Source: Isurus oxyrinchus (Eukaryota). Taken from it: a stretch of 64,000 bases of DNA. Within the stretch, counting starts at the first letter, position 1. Each line of letters begins with the position of its first letter. This document shows, piece by piece, positions 51,840-64,000 of the stretch. Below the pieces are notes generated by a model, which did not search any database, was not told where the DNA came from, and saw only the letters and a list, made by a program, of their open reading frames with translations. A program made the translations under genes and the position numbers. The DNA lies in NCBI GenBank assembly GCA_026770705.1, contig JANJGN010000052.1:3596001-3660000 (forward strand), written 5' to 3'.

Positions 51840-52110
51840 CATGGTCTCTGGATGTCCCAGAACACTTTACAACTGAGTACACCCTTTTTTCGAAGTGTGG
51901 TTACTGTTGTAATGTAGGAAACGCAGCAGCCAATTAGCGCACAGCAAGCTCCCACAAACAGCAATGTGATCACCTGTTTTTGGTGATGTTGGTTGAGGGA
52001 TAAATATTGGTGCCAGGACACCGGGGAGATCTCCCCCCTGCTCTTCCTCCAAATAGTGGCTGTGGGATCTTTCACACCCGCCCGAGAGGGCAGACGGGGG
52101 ACTCGGTTTA
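51840..52110 (-). mobile_element. Deu-SINE fragment
   Basis: Reverse complement of the SINE core seen at 1-425. Confidence 0.65.
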
Positions 52111-53863
52111 GTGTCTAATATTGGACTAATCTCCAGGCGAGGTTGGCTGGATGGATTATTGACAAGGTCCATTCACCCTGTAAAGAGTTTCTCTGGTTTG
52201 AAATACCCGATCAAACATCGAGTTCTGTGTCTAAACCTTGTGTTGAAAAGACACCTTTCCAGCTATTCACCTGCCATTAGATTGTTGAGTCTTCACACGC
52301 TCCGTCTGTCCGTGACCAACCCCTCTTAGCTCATCCTTTCCTTGTCATACATCGAGCTGTTCATCCTGACGGGTTCCCTCCTTCCCAGTAACACTCCATC
52401 TCCGACATCAAACTAACTCCCAACACGTTGATGAATTGTATGGATTCCAGCGTCAGTTGGTTCTGTCTGAGGCTGTTTCTCTGATCGGGGACCGAGCTGT
52501 TCTGAACGGACATTGTGTTCAGCAGTCCTTATTGCAGATCAGACTGTTCAACCAATGCTGCTGTTCACTGAGGTGACTCCGATTCTACATTCACACATTA
52601 ATGATCTCATGTCCAGCAGCAAACATCTGAATGAAGCCAGGTTCAAGAAAAAACCCAGCTGCTTGATCCGACAGTTATCTGTTCAGGCATGGCCCCTTGT
52701 TCCAAATAACAAACATTATTTAAAAATAGTCATCACATGAGCCTGGTTAACAAGGAAATGAAACCATGAACAATTTGCAGTAAAGTGAAACGTACAGGAC
52801 AATCTATTTATATAGAGCTGATGATTTATTTTACACGAGACATGTTGCTAATTTCAAACATCATCCTCAGTACTGACCCTCTGACAGTGCAGCACTTCCT
52901 CAGTACTGACCCTTTGACAGTGCAGCACTCCCCCAGTACTGACCCACTGACAGTGCAGCACTCCCTTGGGACTGAATCCAGAGATACAAGGAAGAGACTG
53001 AAGAGCTGACGATTCAGCTGAATTTAAAAACAGAGGCAGTTACAGAATCACAACAAGTTTACAGAGCAGAAGGAGGCCATTCAGCCCCTCGAGCCTGTTA
53101 CACAGGAACTGGAGCGGCCATTCAGCCCCCTCGAGCCTGTTACACAGGAACAGGAGGAGGCCCATTCAGCCCCTCGAGACTGTTACACAGGAACAGGAAG
53201 AGGCAATTCAACCACATTCTTGACACCAAAGGGGTTACCAGTTTGCTTACGGTGGAAGACAAAGAGTTGGTTTCTCAAATTCACACAAACCAACTCACAT
53301 TTTGACTCACAGAGACACATTCACCCTTTCTAATTAAATACACAGAGGGAGGAGCACAGGAAGAGGTCATTCAGCCCAAGCAGAGCGTGTGGGCAGTTCC
53401 TCCCCAGGCGAGCAGTCGGACAGGTCCTGGGTAAGTAACGGAACGATTGGAATTCACTTCCACCACCAACACCGTCCTTTGTTGATGTTGTGACTTTATA
53501 AAGACAGATTCCAATGATTGATGCCTTTGAAAGATTTCTACTGTTTATTGAGATCTGGGTGTGAGGCTCAAGTCTGTTGTACAGAACATCTTTCTAGCTC
53601 AAGGGATGAGGAAAATGGGATGCCCTGAGCTGGTGAAAGGTGCTATAGAAATGCAAGCCCTTCATTGTTTTTCATTCTTAAAGCCTTTTAACTCTCTGCA
53701 GAGCACCTATCATCCCACAGAGAAACAAATTAGTCTTTGAAGTCATTGTCTAAAAGGAGTTCTGATCTCTCGAGAGCTGTCGGACAAGAGGTGAGGTCTC
53801 ATTAACTCCTTTCTCTTTCACAGTTTGAGAGTGAGAAGTGGATGGAATATCTGGGAGTGGACA

Positions 53864-53903
53864 ATGATCAGGAAATCTTACTTCCTCCTGTCACTTCTCC
53901 AAG
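53864..53903 (+). CDS. Siglec gene B leader exon
   Basis: Exon starts at 53824; ATG MIRKSYFLLSLLQ G|GTAATA; upstream non-coding exon donor at 53430/53431. Confidence 0.85.
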
Positions 53904-55079
53904 GTAATATCATCATCAGATTTAATGTTAATAGTCTCTGTAAAGGATCATTCTTATTGAGCTGTGATTGGGAACCGATTCAGCAGTGACCCTGTGCACA
54001 AACTCAGACCAAGTCCCATTCACCCATCACCCCTGTGCTCACTGATATACACTGACTCCCTGTCTGACAGCAGAATTGGAGGTGATCAGAGATCTCAGAG
54101 AGTTGTAGGGACTGGAGGATGTTACAAAGTTCAGCAGAATTGTAGCAGCGAGAGCAGGATCTTAAAATTCAGGTGCTATCGGACGTTGGTCAGTGAGCGA
54201 TGGGGAGTGATGGGTTGAGTAGAGAAGCAAAGATAAAAACTGGGGGATGAAGTCTATCCTGCTGCGAGGTCTCCGATAGCAATGGCCTGAAATTTGTGTC
54301 CTTTGCTGCCTTTATTCAAAATTTCCCATGAAGACAACACAGCAGCTCCTAGAATAGACAGGCTGTTCAGTGTCACACTTCCTGTCCATTCTCACCTTGC
54401 TAGATACTTCAATAAGGGAGCAAGATAACTGAAAGAGAGAAGGAAGGTAAAGCTGTCTGTGTGTAAAACTGTCAAATATTCTGAGTTATCCTGATTGATT
54501 CTGATCTGCTGCATAGTTTAAATTTCACAGAATCTGGGCACTTTGCAGCTCAGAGAGAGACCATTGACTCACTGCCTGAAAGGGCGGTGGAAGCAGATTC
54601 AACAGGAACTTTCAGAAGGGGAACTGGATAAATACTTGAAGGGAAATTTGCAGGGATGTGTGAAAGGTGCTGGAGAGGAATTGGGAAAGAGCCAGCACAT
54701 GCACGATGGGTCAAATGAGCTCCTCCTGTGTTGTATCATTCAACAATCAGACAATTTAAGACCCTTGTCAGCAAAACTTCAGAATCCTGCTGAATCACAG
54801 ATGTTTCAGAAGGACAGGGAACAAGAAGTTTCTGGTAGCAGCGTTTCATGTGGGGCCCAGTTCAGTTTGAACAAATAAACAACACCATCTTTGAAAGTCA
54901 TGAACCCACCACAGCGGCACCTCCGACACATGCAGAGCTCAGGCTAGAGGCGCTTTGTTAGTGTGTTTCACAGTGTCTGCTGGAGTAGGGTCAGTGCTGA
55001 GCTTGGGGACAAGTCAGTCTACAATGCTGCATCGGAATCAACAATACAACAATATGGGGTTTGGATCAGAAATAATCCA

Positions 55080-55240
55080 TTAGACAATGAGGATCCAAAG
55101 AGATTCCTTAGACAATGAGGATCCAAAGAGATTTCTTAGACAATGAGGATCCAAAGAGATTCCTCAGACAATGAGGATCCAAAGAGATTCCTTAGACAAT
55201 GAGGGTCCAAAGTGATTCCTTAGACAATGAAGATACAAAG
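55080..55240 (+). repeat. 28-bp VNTR
   Basis: About 5.7 copies of tagacaatgaggatccaaagagattcct. Confidence 0.9.
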
Positions 55241-55992
55241 TGCACCAATCAGATTGAACCAGATTAGCTAATCAGCTGTGTTGAAGAGCAAACAGGAATG
55301 TTAGGCTAATTAGTGATTCATGACGGTGATAATGGGGGGAGTTCTGAGGGCTCCTAATCCATTGTCCTGTCTTGTAAATCAGCACTGAATGGATCTCAAT
55401 GGGTGGGTCTCGTAGACACTGTGTTGGGTGGAAGACTGGCTTCACTAAGGGGAAGCGGCAGTAGAGAGGCATTGTCACTGGGCTAGTATTCCAGAGGCCC
55501 AGGGTGATGCTCTGGGGCCCTGGGTGTAAATCCCATCACAGCAGATGAATGGGATTAAAAAGCCTGGTTCACTGATCCCCTTCAGGGAAGGAAATCTCCA
55601 CCCTTACCGAGTCTGGCCTACATGTCACTCCAAACCCACAGCAATACAATTGATTCTTAAATGCCTCTGATGGACATGGGATGGGTAATAAATGCTGGGC
55701 ACATCCCATGAACGGATAATTTGAAAAACACATGACTTGGAGACACTGTGTTGGGTGGAAGACTGGCTTCACTAAACAGGGTCCTGAGGACCATGAGCCA
55801 ATGTAGAATGAACTTGTCCACTCCTGTGTCCAGGATTCTCTTCCATCCATTGTGAAACCTTGGGGAGATCCCTGTGTGTCCTGTAGATGGTCCACACTGC
55901 AGCCACTGTGCCCCAGTGATGGACGGGGTGGATATCGAGTCTAGTGGATCTACAAACCATCCAGAGTTAAATATTGATATTTCTCTCCCCAG

Positions 55993-56361
55993 TTGGACTG
56001 TCACAAGAGTGGAAAGGTGACACTCCACGAGAGGTGACAGCGCAGGAAGATTCGTGTGTACAGATTCCATGTCATTACAGTTATCCATCACATTTGGAAA
56101 GCCAACCACGAGTCGGAGTCTGGTTTAATAATGAGAATCAGATTCCTGGATCTCCCATTGCCTTTCACTCCAAGGATCACAGTCACGAGTTACCACGGTT
56201 CCACCATCGGACCCGGCTGTCTGGAGACCTGAAAGATGGCGACTGTTCCCTGATTATAAACAACATCAGACGGGAAGATGCAGGACCTTATTTTTTCAGG
56301 AAAGAATTTGACAGCAGTAATAGTTACAACTACTATCCTGTAACCCAGCTTCACGTTTCTG
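55993..56361 (+). CDS. Gene B V-set exon
   Basis: 369 nt, phase 1-1; EDAGPYFFRKE with Arg retained; distinct CC' loop NNENQIPGSPI. Confidence 0.92.
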
Positions 56362-56761
56362 GTAAGTGCTGTGTTATAATTACTCAACAATTCACATTCA
56401 ACACTCAATGGGAATTAACACAAACTGTGACGTTTACATATTAACACAAAACACAGCTTATTATAACACACTGTCTGATTCTCAATAACCTGCTGATAGC
56501 TTCCAGTTCAGTCCTAAAGCAACCTCTAATACTCACTTTAATATCAATGATTAAATGTATTGACTGTGTCCATCAAAGTTATCAGGTTATCCACTCCCAT
56601 CGATCTCTCTAATCCTGTTTAAAATAATTTCCTGATCATTGTAACCTCTCAGTTCTGATATCATCCTTGCAAAGGTGCTTTCTCTTGTGGGACTGTGATT
56701 TCTATTTGAACTGATGCTTCACGTTATATTTCTCTAAAAGGATCCATTCTCTGTCTGTTAG

Positions 56762-57058
56762 ATTTCACAGATAAACCCACAATATTCCCTGCTGAAATTA
56801 TTGCAGGAAAGCCTGTGGATGTAAGCTGCACCTTCAACACAACGTGCAATGGAACAGCAGCACCTGTCTTAACCTGGGACACTCCCACTGACGTACCTGG
56901 ATCAGTCTCAAACACTGTAACTCAGCATGGTGTCACTCTGACCTATACTTCTGTTCTGACCCTGATCCCATCACTCAAACACCACGGACACACTCTCAGC
57001 TGCAGAGTGAGATATCCATCTGTTTCATCGGAGCGGACCCTCGTACTAACTGTACAAG
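56762..57058 (+). CDS. Gene B domain-2 C2-set exon
   Basis: 297 nt, AG/GT, phase 1-1. Confidence 0.92.
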
Positions 57059-57271
57059 GTAAGTATGGACATCCTTCATTATACATTCGCTGGAACAGTC
57101 TATATTGTGCACAGCAGGATCTCATAGAAAGGTATTCTGATGAGAACCAGATCATCTGTAGTTTAGGGAAAAACACTAACCAGAAAACAGTTAATGACAG
57201 TTTCTGAACATTAACACTGGAGCTTTTTTTTCCAGCCAAGAAGCTGATAGAGCAGAGCATCATTCACAATA

Positions 57272-58460
57272 TACTAACCCCCTGACAGTGCAGCACTCCC
57301 TCAGTACTGACCGCCTGACAGTGCAGCACTCCCTCAGTACTGACCGCCTGACAGTGCAGCACTCCCTCAGTACTGACCCTCTGACAGTGCAGCACTCCCT
57401 CAGTACTGACCCTCGGACAATGCAGCTCTCCCTCAATACTGACCCTCTGACAGTGCAGCACTCCCTCAGTACTGACCCCCTGACAGTGCAGCACTCCCTC
57501 AGTACTGACCGCCTGACAGTGCAGCACTCCCTCAGTACTGACCGCCTGACAGTGCAGCACTCCCTCAGTACTGATCCTCCAACAGTGCAGCAATCCCTCA
57601 GTACTGACCCTCCAACAGTGCAGAACTCCCTCAGCACTGACCCTCTGACAGTGTAGCGCTCCCTCAGTACTGACCCTCTGACAGTGCAGCACTCCCTCAG
57701 TACTGACCTGCTGAAATTGCAGCTCTCCCTCAGTACTGACCCTCTGACATTGCAGCACTCCCTCAGTACTGACCCTCTGACAGTGCAGCACTGCCTCAGT
57801 ACTGACCCTCCAATAATGAAACAATCCCTCAGTACTGACTCTCCGACAGTGCAGCACTCCTTCACTGCTGACCCTCCAACTCTGCAGTGCTCCGTCAGGA
57901 CTGAAAATCTAACATTTCATATCTCCCTCCTGACTGACCATCTGAAAATACAACAGATCCTCGGTCGAGTCCTTCAAACAGTGCTGCACTTCCACAGTAC
58001 AGAATCTCCCCCCCACCCACAGTGCAGCACTTCCACAGTACTGAACCTCTGACAGTGCAGCACTCCCTCAGTACTGACCCTCCCACCTGCAGCACTCCCT
58101 CAGTACTGACCCTCCCACATGCAGCATTCCCTCAGTACTGACCCTCCCACATGCAGCACTCACTCAGTACTGACCCTCCCACAGTGCAGCACTCTCTCAG
58201 TACTGACCCTCCCACATGCAGCACTCACTCAGTACTGACCCTCCCACAGTGCAGCACTCCCTCAGTACTGACCCTCCCACATGCAGCACTCCCTCAGTAC
58301 TCACCCTCCCACAGTGCAGCACTCCCTCAGTACTGACCCTCCCACATGCAGCACTCCCTCAGTACTGACCCTCCCACAGTGCAGCACTCCCTCAGTACTG
58401 ACCCTCCCACATGCAGCACTCCCTCAGTACTGACCCTTTGACAGTGCTGCACTACCTCAC
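57272..58460 (-). repeat. 33-bp minisatellite array (31/33-bp variants distally)
   Basis: Tandem cagtgcagcactccctcagtactgaccctctga units. Confidence 0.95.
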
Positions 58461-58689
58461 TATTGGCTTTAAACTAAATAGAGTGTGGGGCGAATGTTTC
58501 TGGAGAGGGTATATGTACAGTTACAAACCAAAAGGATTTATTAGCATTGCAGGATAGCTGTTTTGGCAATGATACCCAGTGTGTGACAGGAAGGGACACA
58601 GTGTCCAAACATAAAAATACATCAGCAAATAGTGTCAGAGGGGGGGAAATGATAAAAAGACAAAATTAATGGCTCTTTACTTAAATGCA

Positions 58690-59350
58690 CATAGTATTTG
58701 GAATGTTGGCCTTTATTTCAAAGGGAATGGAGTATAAAAATAGGGAAGTCTTGCTAAAACTATACAAGGCACTAGTTAGACCACACCTAGAATACTGTGA
58801 GCAGTTTTGGTTCCCTTATCTAAGGAAAGATGTACTGGCATTGGAGGCAGTCCCGAGAAGGTTCACTAGGTTGATCCCAGTAATGAGGGATTTTCATATG
58901 AGGAGAGGTTGAGTAGGATGGGCCTGTACTCATTGGAGTTTAGGAGAATGAGAGCTGACCTTATTGAAACATATAAGATTCTTAGGGTGCTTGACAGGGT
59001 AGATGCTGAGAGGTTGTTTCCCCTTGTGGGAGAGTCTAGGACCAGAGGGCATGATCTCAGAGTAAGGGGTCACCCATTTAAGACAGAGATGAGGAGTTTC
59101 TTCTCTCAGAGGGTAGTGAATGTGTGGAATTATTTACTGCAGAGAGCTGCAGAGGCTGGGTCATTAATTATATTCAAGGCTGAGATACACAGTTTTTTAA
59201 TCAGTCAGGGAATCAAAGGCTATGGGGAAGAGGCAGGAAAGTGGAGTTGAGGATTGTCAGATCAGCCATGGTGTCATTGAATGGCGGAGCAGAGTTGATT
59301 GGCCGAATTGCCTCCTTCTGCTCTGACGTCTTGTGGTCTTATGGTCTTAT
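58690..59350 (+). mobile_element. CR1-type LINE 3' fragment
   Basis: LYKALVRPHLEYC, LEFRRMRADLIETYKI, ESRTRGHDL. Confidence 0.9.
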
Positions 59351-59351
59351 C

Positions 59352-62118
59352 ACCCTCCAACAGTGCAGAGCTCCCTAATTACTGATCCTCCGACAATGCA
59401 GCACTCCCTCAGTACTGAACCTCTGACAGTGCAGAGCTCCCTAATTACTGACCCTCCGACAATGCAGCACTCTTCCAGTGCTGACCCTCCGACAGTGCAG
59501 CATTCCCTAAGTACTGATCCTCCAACAGTGCAGCACTGCCTCAATACTGACCCTCCAACAGTGCAGCACTGCCTCAATACTGACCCTCCAACAGTGCAGC
59601 ACTCCCTCAGTGCTGACCCTCCGACAGTGCAGCACTCCCTCAGTACTGACCCTCCGATAGTGCAGCACTCCCTCACTACTGACCCTCCGTCAGAGCAGAG
59701 CTCCTAATTACTGACCCTCCAACAGTGCAGCACTCCCTCAGTACTGACCCTCCAACAGTGCAGAACTCCCTAATTACTGACCCTCTGATAGTGCAGAGCT
59801 CCCTCAGTACTGACCCTCCAACAGTGCAGCACTCCCTCAGTACTGACCCTCCAACAGTGCAGAGCTCCCTAATTACTGACCCACCGACAGTGCAGCACTC
59901 CCTCAGTACTGACCCTCTGACAGTGCAGCACTCCCTCAATACTGACCCTCCAACAGTGCAGCACTCCCTCAGTGCTGACCCTCCAACAGTGCAGAGCTCC
60001 CTAATTACTGACCCACCGACAGTGCAGCACTCCCTCAGTACTGACCCTCTGACAGTGCAGCACTCCCTCAATACTGACCCTCCAACAGTGCAGCACTCCC
60101 TCAGTACTGACCTTCCGACAGTGCAGCAGTCCCTCACTACTGACCCTCTGACCGTGCAGCACTCCCTAAATACTGACACTCTGACAGTGCAGCACTCCCT
60201 CAGTACTGACCCTCCGACAGTGCAGTACTCTTTCAGTTCTGACCATCCAACAGTGCAGAGCTCCCTAATTACTGACCCTCCGACAGTGCAGCACTCCCTC
60301 AGTACTGACCCTCTGACAGTGCAGCACTCCCTCAGTACTGACCCTCCCACAGTGCAGCACTCCCTCAGTACTGACCCTCCAACAGTGCAGAGCTCCCTAA
60401 TTACTGACCCTCCGACAGTGCAGCACCCTCTCAGTACTGACCCTCCGACAGTGCAGCACACCCTCAGTACTGAACCTCCGACAGTGCAGAGCTCACTAAA
60501 TACTGACCCTCCCACAGTGCAACACTCCCTCAGTACTGATCCTCCGACAGTGCAACACTCCCTCAGTACTGTTCCACCGACACTGCAGCACTCCCTCAGT
60601 ACTGATCCTCCGACAGTTCAACACTCCCTCAGTACTGTCCCACCGACAGTGCAGCTCTCCCTCAATACTGACCCTCCGACAGTGCACCACTCCATCAGTA
60701 CTGAACCTTCAACAGTGCAGCACTCCCTCAGTACTGATCCTCCAACAGTGCAGCACTCCATCAGTACTGATTCTCCGACAGTGAAGTACTCGCTCAGTAC
60801 TGACTATGTGGCAGTGAAGCTTTTACAGTACCCACCCACCATCAGTACAGCAGGTCCTCAGTACTCACGCTCCAACAGGGCAGCACTCCCTCACTACTGA
60901 CCCTCCGTCAGAGCAGAGCTCCTAATTACTGACCCTCCAACAGTGCAGCACTCCCTCAGTACTGACCCTCCAACAGTGCAGAACTCCCTAATTACTGACC
61001 CTCCAAAAGTGCAGCCCTCCCTCAGTACTGACCCTCCAACAGTGCAGCACTCACTCAGTACTGACCCTCTGACAGTGCAGAGCTCCCTCAGTACTGACCC
61101 TCCAACAGTGCAGCACTCCCTCACTACTGACCCTCTGACCGTGCAGCACTCCCTAAATACTGACACTCTGACAGTGCAGCACTCCCTCAGTATTGACCCT
61201 CCGACAGTGCAGAGCTCCCAAATTACTGACCCTCCGACAGTGCAGTACTCTTTCAGTTCTGACCCTCCGACAGTGCAACAATACCTCAGTTCTGACCATC
61301 CAACAGTGCAGAGCTCCCTAATTACTGACCCTCCAACAGTGCAGAGCTCCCTAATTACTGACCCTCCGACAGTGCAGCACTCCCTCAGTACTGACCCTCC
61401 GACAGTGCAGCACTCCCTCAGTACTGACCCTCCGACAGTGCAGTACTCCCTCAGTACTGACCCTCCAACAGTGCAGAGCTCCCTAATTACAGACCCTCCG
61501 ACAGTGCAGCACCCTCTCAGTACTGACCCTCCGACAGTGCAGCACACCCTCAGTACTGATCCTCCGACAGTGCAACACTCCCTCAGTACTGTCCCACCGA
61601 CAGTGCAGCACTCCCTCAGTACTGATCCTCCGACAGTGCAACACTCCCTCAGTACTGTCCCACCGACAGTGCAGCTCTCCCTCAATACTGACCCTCCGAC
61701 AGTGCAGCACTCCATCAGTACTGAACCTTCAACAGTGCAGCCCTCCCTCAGTACTGATCCTCCAATAGTGCAACACTCCCTCAGTACTGTCCCACCGACA
61801 GTGCAGCTCTCCCTCAATACTGACCCTCCGACAGTGCAGCACTCCATCAGTACTGAACCTTCAACAGTGCAGCACTCCCTCAGTACTGATCCTCCAACAG
61901 TGCACCACTCCCTCAGTCCTGATCCTCCAACAGTGCAGCACTCCATCAGTACTGATTCTCCGACAGTGAAGTACTCGCTCAGTACTGACTATGCGGCAGT
62001 GAAGCTTTCACAGTACCCACCCACCATCAGTACAGCAGGTCCTCAGTACTCACCCTCCAACAGGGCAGCACTCCCTCAGTACTGACCCTCCAACAGTGCA
62101 GCACTCCCTCAGTACTGA
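59352..62118 (-). repeat. Large 33-bp minisatellite array with ~1.2-kb higher-order duplication
   Basis: About 80 units; diagnostic variant blocks recur at ~59682/60901 and ~60802/61987. Confidence 0.95.
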
Positions 62119-62222
62119 ACTGAAGAGTCTGCCTGAATGATGTGCTTTGTGGTGAAGGATTGATATTACACCTTTAACATTGTCAGGGTCTCTGAAAGTA
62201 ACTGATCTTTATTTGTTTTTAG

Positions 62223-62504
62223 ATGCACCACAGAATCTCTCAATTACTTTTCATGATATGATTAACGCTTCATCGATCAATATAATTGAGGGGAATTCTG
62301 CAGAGATAATCTGCTCTGTCGAGAGCTTCCCAGCTTCTAACCTGACGTGGCGACATCTTAATGTCCCAATGAACAGAACAAGTTCCAACAATGAGCTGTG
62401 GTTGGTGATTCCTCACGTTACATCCAGGGACACTGGAGACTATCAGTGTGTGGCAGAGAATGAACATGGAGCAGTGGAGGGGTTCATAACCATCACTGTG
62501 GAAC
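62223..62504 (+). CDS. Gene B C2-set repeat exon 1
   Basis: 282 nt, AG/GT, phase 1-1. Confidence 0.9.
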
Positions 62505-63169
62505 GTGAGTTAACACAAATTGCAATAACACTGTCACATACAGACGCACACACACACACATAGACATACACATGCACACACACTCACTCATGAACAGATG
62601 TATACAAACAGGCACACNNNNNNNNNNNNNNNNNNNNNNNNNNNNNNNNNNNNNNNNNNNNNNNNNNNNNNNNNNNNNNNNNNNNNNNNNNNNNNNNNNN
62701 NNNNNNNNNNNNNNNNNNNNNNNNNNNNNNNNNNNNNNNNNNNNNNNNTCCTCTCTCAGTGCTGCACTGGAGTCTCGGTATCAGCCCTGATTCTGTGTTG
62801 AAGGAAGGTAAACTCCAGATCAACAAGACCCTGAATTGGATGAGCAAGCTCCTGAACAGTGAATTTTATATTTACCCCTCAGTGCTCCATCAATCAAATA
62901 CAATTCATTGCCTGTCAAGCCCTTGGCGAATTCCTGAAGATGTGAATGGAACTTTCTTTCATTCTAGATTGACAGCACCTCAACTGGTGGGAGAATGCAA
63001 CTGCAGTGTGACAGTTTACATAGGCAGTGTCCATTATAAATGTGACAGAGGAACTTATTCTGAGGAAAGGTGCCTGGAAATGCATTCAGACATCAGATTC
63101 AAAGAGATGATACATGGAGTCTTGCTGTGCACTGCGCTTGCTCACTCTAAAATCTTTATATGTTTATAG

Positions 63170-63451
63170 ACGCACCACAGAATCTCTCAATTACTTCTCT
63201 AGATATGATTAACACTTCATCAATCAATATAATTGAGGGGAATTCTGCAGTGATAATCTGCTCTGTTGAGAGCTTCCCAGCTTCTAACCTGACGTGGCGA
63301 CATCTTAATGTCCCAATGAACAGAACAAGTTCCAACAATGAGCTGTGGTTGGTGATTACTCACGTTACATCCAGGGACACTGGAGAATATCAGTGTGTGG
63401 CAGAGAATGAACATGGAGCAGTGGAGGGGTTCATAACCATCACTGTGGAAC
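63170..63451 (+). CDS. Gene B C2-set repeat exon 2 (gene presumably continues beyond the window)
   Basis: 282 nt, AG/GT, phase 1-1. Confidence 0.9.
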
Positions 63452-63489
63452 GTGAGTTACACAGAATTGAACGTTCTCGTGTTATTAGC

Positions 63490-64000
63490 TCATGGGATGT
63501 GGGCATTGTTGACAAGACCAGAAATCATTGCCCATCTGTAACTGCCCCTTGAGAAGGTGGTGGTGAGCTGCCTTCTTTAACCACTGCAGTCCATGTGGTG
63601 AAGGCACACCCACAGTGCTGTTAGGGAGGGAGTTCCAGGATTTTGACCCAGCGACGGTGAAGGAACGGCCGATATAGTTCCAAGTCCCAGGGCAGACCAC
63701 CACCTCAAGTTCGCCTCCAAGTCAAAGCCCTCACTGACTTGGAACTGTCTTGGTGGAAGAGGTTAAGTGTTTGGAAGGTGCTGTCGAAGGAGCCTTGGTG
63801 AGTTGCTGCAGCGCATCTTGTAGATGGTGCACACACTGCTGCCATTGTGTGCCAGTGGTGGAGGGTATGAATGTTTATGCTGGTGGATTGGCTGTCGATC
63901 AAACAAACAGCTCCTGGATGGTGTCGAGGTTCTTGAGTGTTGTTGGAGCTGCACTTATCCAGCCAAGTGGAGATTATTCCATCACACTCCTGACTTGTGC
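63490..64000 (-). mobile_element. CR1-type LINE 3' end (rearranged)
   Basis: RSFTVAGSKSWNSLPNS tail, same family as the 18.0-18.5 kb copy. Confidence 0.8.

Overview
Vertebrate genomic DNA, most likely from a shark or other elasmobranch. This is inferred from the repeats: Deu-domain SINEs, CR1-type LINEs and a 33-bp SINE-derived minisatellite. The window starts with the last coding exon of a hepcidin gene (510-626, absent from the ORF track). A cluster of Siglec genes follows; their V-set domains keep the sialic-acid-binding Arg and the Siglec Cys pattern. Gene A (+, 25130-42483) is a complete inhibitory receptor: leader, V, C2, 7 near-identical tandem C2 exons, uncharged TM and an ITIM+ITSM tail, about 1034 aa. 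Gene B (+, from 53864) is a paralogue that runs off the window. Gene C (-, 8069-13283) has two V exons, one C2 exon and an Arg-containing TM exon with a short Tyr-free tail, also absent from the ORF track. It therefore looks like an activating counterpart, and its proximal V domain is about 91% identical to that of gene A; no leader exon was found for it. Orphan cytoplasmic-tail exons with an altered ITIM lie at 17.2-20.4 kb. Together this resembles a paired activating/inhibitory, CD33-related-like Siglec system next to hepcidin, the position of MAG/CD22 in human. The rest is LINE, SINE and solo-LTR debris, mini- and microsatellites, and five N gaps. All splice models are inferred by eye from GT/AG sites and exon phase, with no expression evidence.
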